From a virus (taxonomy: Duplodnaviria; Caudoviricetes): a stretch of 37,773 bases of DNA. Under the pieces are notes generated by a model, which saw nothing but the letters and a program-made list of their open reading frames with translations, was not told the origin of the DNA and made no database searches. A program made the position numbers and the translations under genes. Shown one piece after another: positions 35,791 through 37,773 of this stretch (the first letter of the stretch is position 1; each line of letters begins with the position of its first letter). Location: positions 1 to 37,773 of IMG/VR virus record IMGVR_UViG_3300035660_000038; one strand, 5' to 3'.

Positions 35791-36105
35791 TTAATATTCT
35801 TTATAAAATATTTCTTCATTTTTAGGATTTTTTAAATTAACTGAATATAATTCATCTCCACATTCTTCATTATCTTCATTTTCATTTTTTACTCTTTGAA
35901 AGAATAAATACCTATTGCAATCACAAGAATAATTGCCATCTTCCCATATATAAGTAGAAGGTTCTTCATCTTGATACCAATTACCCCAATATAACTCATC
36001 TTTATATTCTCTTATCTCACCTGTTTTATTCTTACGTATAAGAGCAATAATCTTAACAAGAGTATCATTTTTTTCTTTTCTATAATAAAAATCTTCTAAT
36101 TTCAT
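35791..36105 (-). CDS. Hypothetical protein with WEDGNYSCDCNR motif, copy 2
   Basis: 96/104 aa identical to 6656..6970 by manual alignment. Confidence 0.85.
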   Translation of the reverse strand: MKLEDFYYRKEKNDTLVKIIALIRKNKTGEIREYKDELYWGNWYQDEEPSTYIWEDGNYSCDCNRYLFFQRVKNENEDNEECGDELYSVNLKNPKNEEIFYKEY

Positions 36106-36150
36106 TTTTTTACCTTCTTAAAAGGAATAGGGATGGATTTAACACCCTCT

Positions 36151-36402
36151 CTAATAACTTCTCGTATTTAAGCATATAGATTCATCTTTTCCCAGATATA
36201 CATTAGCTAATGCAACTGTCTCTCCCTCAATTTTACCATAAATCACTGTACATTCTCCACGTTTAACAATTGTATAAATTTCATCACATAAAATTCCATA
36301 TTTTGTTGCAAAAACAAATCTTCCTTTTACATATATTTTACCTTTTTCATCAAATGCGTGTATCTCCCAACCCAATAAACAAGTTTTACCTTTCATTTTC
36401 AT
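36151..36402 (-). CDS. Hypothetical protein
   Basis: ORF track; SD AAGGAG. Confidence 0.7.
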   Translation of the reverse strand: MKMKGKTCLLGWEIHAFDEKGKIYVKGRFVFATKYGILCDEIYTIVKRGECTVIYGKIEGETVALANVYLGKDESICLNTRSY

Positions 36403-36525
36403 TTTTTACTTCTCCTTTATACATTAAAATAAGCAAAAGTTAAGTCATAATCATCTATGAGCAACCTTCGTGTTGATTTTAAGGGTATCTGCGTTGATAT
36501 TCGAGGTATCTTGAATATTTAGACC

Positions 36526-36771
36526 TCATTTATCCTTCATATATCCTAATTCTCTCGCTTGTTTCACAAATTTCTTTTCTTCAACAAATTGAACATAAAT
36601 ATGTGCTATAAAATTACCTTCAGGTATAATCAATTTTCTCTCTATTATATTTTCTACTATTTGTTTGCCTAAATAAGGAAATAATAATTTACAATTTTTC
36701 ATACTTAATAACTGCCTATCTATTAATTCACTGACACAGAAACAATTTTCGGTTAGAATTTTACTTTTCAT
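36526..36771 (-). CDS. Hypothetical protein
   Basis: ORF track; SD AAGGAGTGA. Confidence 0.7.
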   Translation of the reverse strand: MKSKILTENCFCVSELIDRQLLSMKNCKLLFPYLGKQIVENIIERKLIIPEGNFIAHIYVQFVEEKKFVKQARELGYMKDK

Positions 36772-36949
36772 ATCATCACTCCTTCCTTAATTTACTTTCC
36801 TTATCTATTCTCATATTTATTTTCACATCAAAATCATCTCTAAAAAAATTTAAAGTGCTTCCAATTCCATCTATAATAAATCCCATATTATTCAAATTAC
36901 CTTCAAGAGTAATAGTAATTATCTTTATGCCTTTTTTAATTTTCATATT

Positions 36950-37771
36950 TTACTCTTTCCAATATAAATATATTTTACTTGGTTTTTTGGCAGTATGCAT
37001 TGTTTTTATCTTAATCTTTTCCATATCTGCTAAAGTATTTATCCCTTCATTAAAATCTTTTAAACTAATTTTATGTGCTACTCTACGTAACAAATCACTA
37101 TGGCTGATTTCCCCACTCTCCTTGATAATTTTGAATACATCATCTATCTTACTGCCATATTCAGTCATATAGATACTTTCTTCAATAACACTAATACCTT
37201 TATCAGTTTTCTTCTTGGTAATATAGGCTCGGTTAAAGTCTTCTTCGGTAATAATCATACTGTCATCTCTGGCAACGGAATATACCATGGCTAACTTTAA
37301 TACCGTAACCATAAATCTCTTGACATTCTTTTTCTTTTCTTCGGTAGTCTGATTATGAAATTCTTCCTGATAAGTATAGACATATTTTTTCTGTGCTTCA
37401 CCTTCCCATTTAAACTTGCCTTTAACCTTTTTTATCTTATTCAAGTCTTCGGCAAGTTTCATCTCAATTAAACTTCTCCCTTCAGGAACGACAGGAAAGG
37501 GATGAGGTATTATCGTTTCATCAGAACGAATAAAAACCATTCGGGAAAGCATACCGCTGGTAATAAATCTTGAATTGACGCTTGTCCTTAAACACTCAGG
37601 GGTAACTCCACCCAATATATTTATTTGTGCATTAGGGGTAAAGTCAAGACTTCTTGAGATAGTCCTATTACCTAAATCGGTATTATCCCAGCAAAGTATC
37701 AATGTTTCACTTAAATTACTGGCTTTTTTAGACTTACTATTTTCTTGGTCAGTAAAGAAAGTTAATTCTGG
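36950..37771 (-). CDS. DUF3987-like primase-associated helicase/ATPase with C-terminal winged helix (5' truncated by window edge)
   Basis: Frame open to window end (PELTFF...); INILGGVTP, SGMLSRMVFI, VLKLAMVYS, terminal wHTH. Confidence 0.75.
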   Translation of the reverse strand, partial: PELTFFTDQENSKSKKASNLSETLILCWDNTDLGNRTISRSLDFTPNAQINILGGVTPECLRTSVNSRFITSGMLSRMVFIRSDETIIPHPFPVVPEGRSLIEMKLAEDLNKIKKVKGKFKWEGEAQKKYVYTYQEEFHNQTTEEKKKNVKRFMVTVLKLAMVYSVARDDSMIITEEDFNRAYITKKKTDKGISVIEESIYMTEYGSKIDDVFKIIKESGEISHSDLLRRVAHKISLKDFNEGINTLADMEKIKIKTMHTAKKPSKIYLYWKE

Positions 37772-37773
37772 CG

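Noticed and set aside
1-37773. Stop-codon recoding
   Set aside because: Core genes are full-length under the standard bacterial code and all three stop codons end genes

Overview
AT-rich fragment of an uncultured tailed dsDNA phage (Caudoviricetes) with podovirus-type gene order. There is no sign of an integrase, tape measure, sheath or host housekeeping genes. Layout: (i) 1-520, non-coding and very AT-rich. (ii) 580-2681, tiny leftward 'early-type' ORFs; this block contains a perfect chromosomal-type parS palindrome at 2450-2465. (iii) 2700-3240, divergent control region with direct repeats, a multi-hairpin segment and C-tracts. (iv) 3315-6970, rightward accessory cassettes with sigma70 promoters (DUF5131 radical-SAM-like, HicB-like, HTH, M15A endolysin). 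(v) 7041-35256, morphogenesis operon: TerS, TerL, portal, scaffold, major capsid, expanded families of decoration proteins, adaptor, C1q-tipped fibre, membrane/lysis cluster, nozzle, three ejection proteins, three free-standing homing endonucleases and a degenerate PurD-like protein. (vi) 35287-37773, leftward genes ending in a partial DUF3987-like replication protein. Most notable: the parS site (possible use of the host ParABS system); an unusual lysis cluster with a TM/coiled-coil/outer-membrane beta-barrel spanin candidate; a ~95% identical gene duplicated in inverted orientation around the whole structural module; and a PurD-like pseudo-enzyme lacking its ATP-grasp lid. All family assignments come from motif recognition by eye, not database searches.
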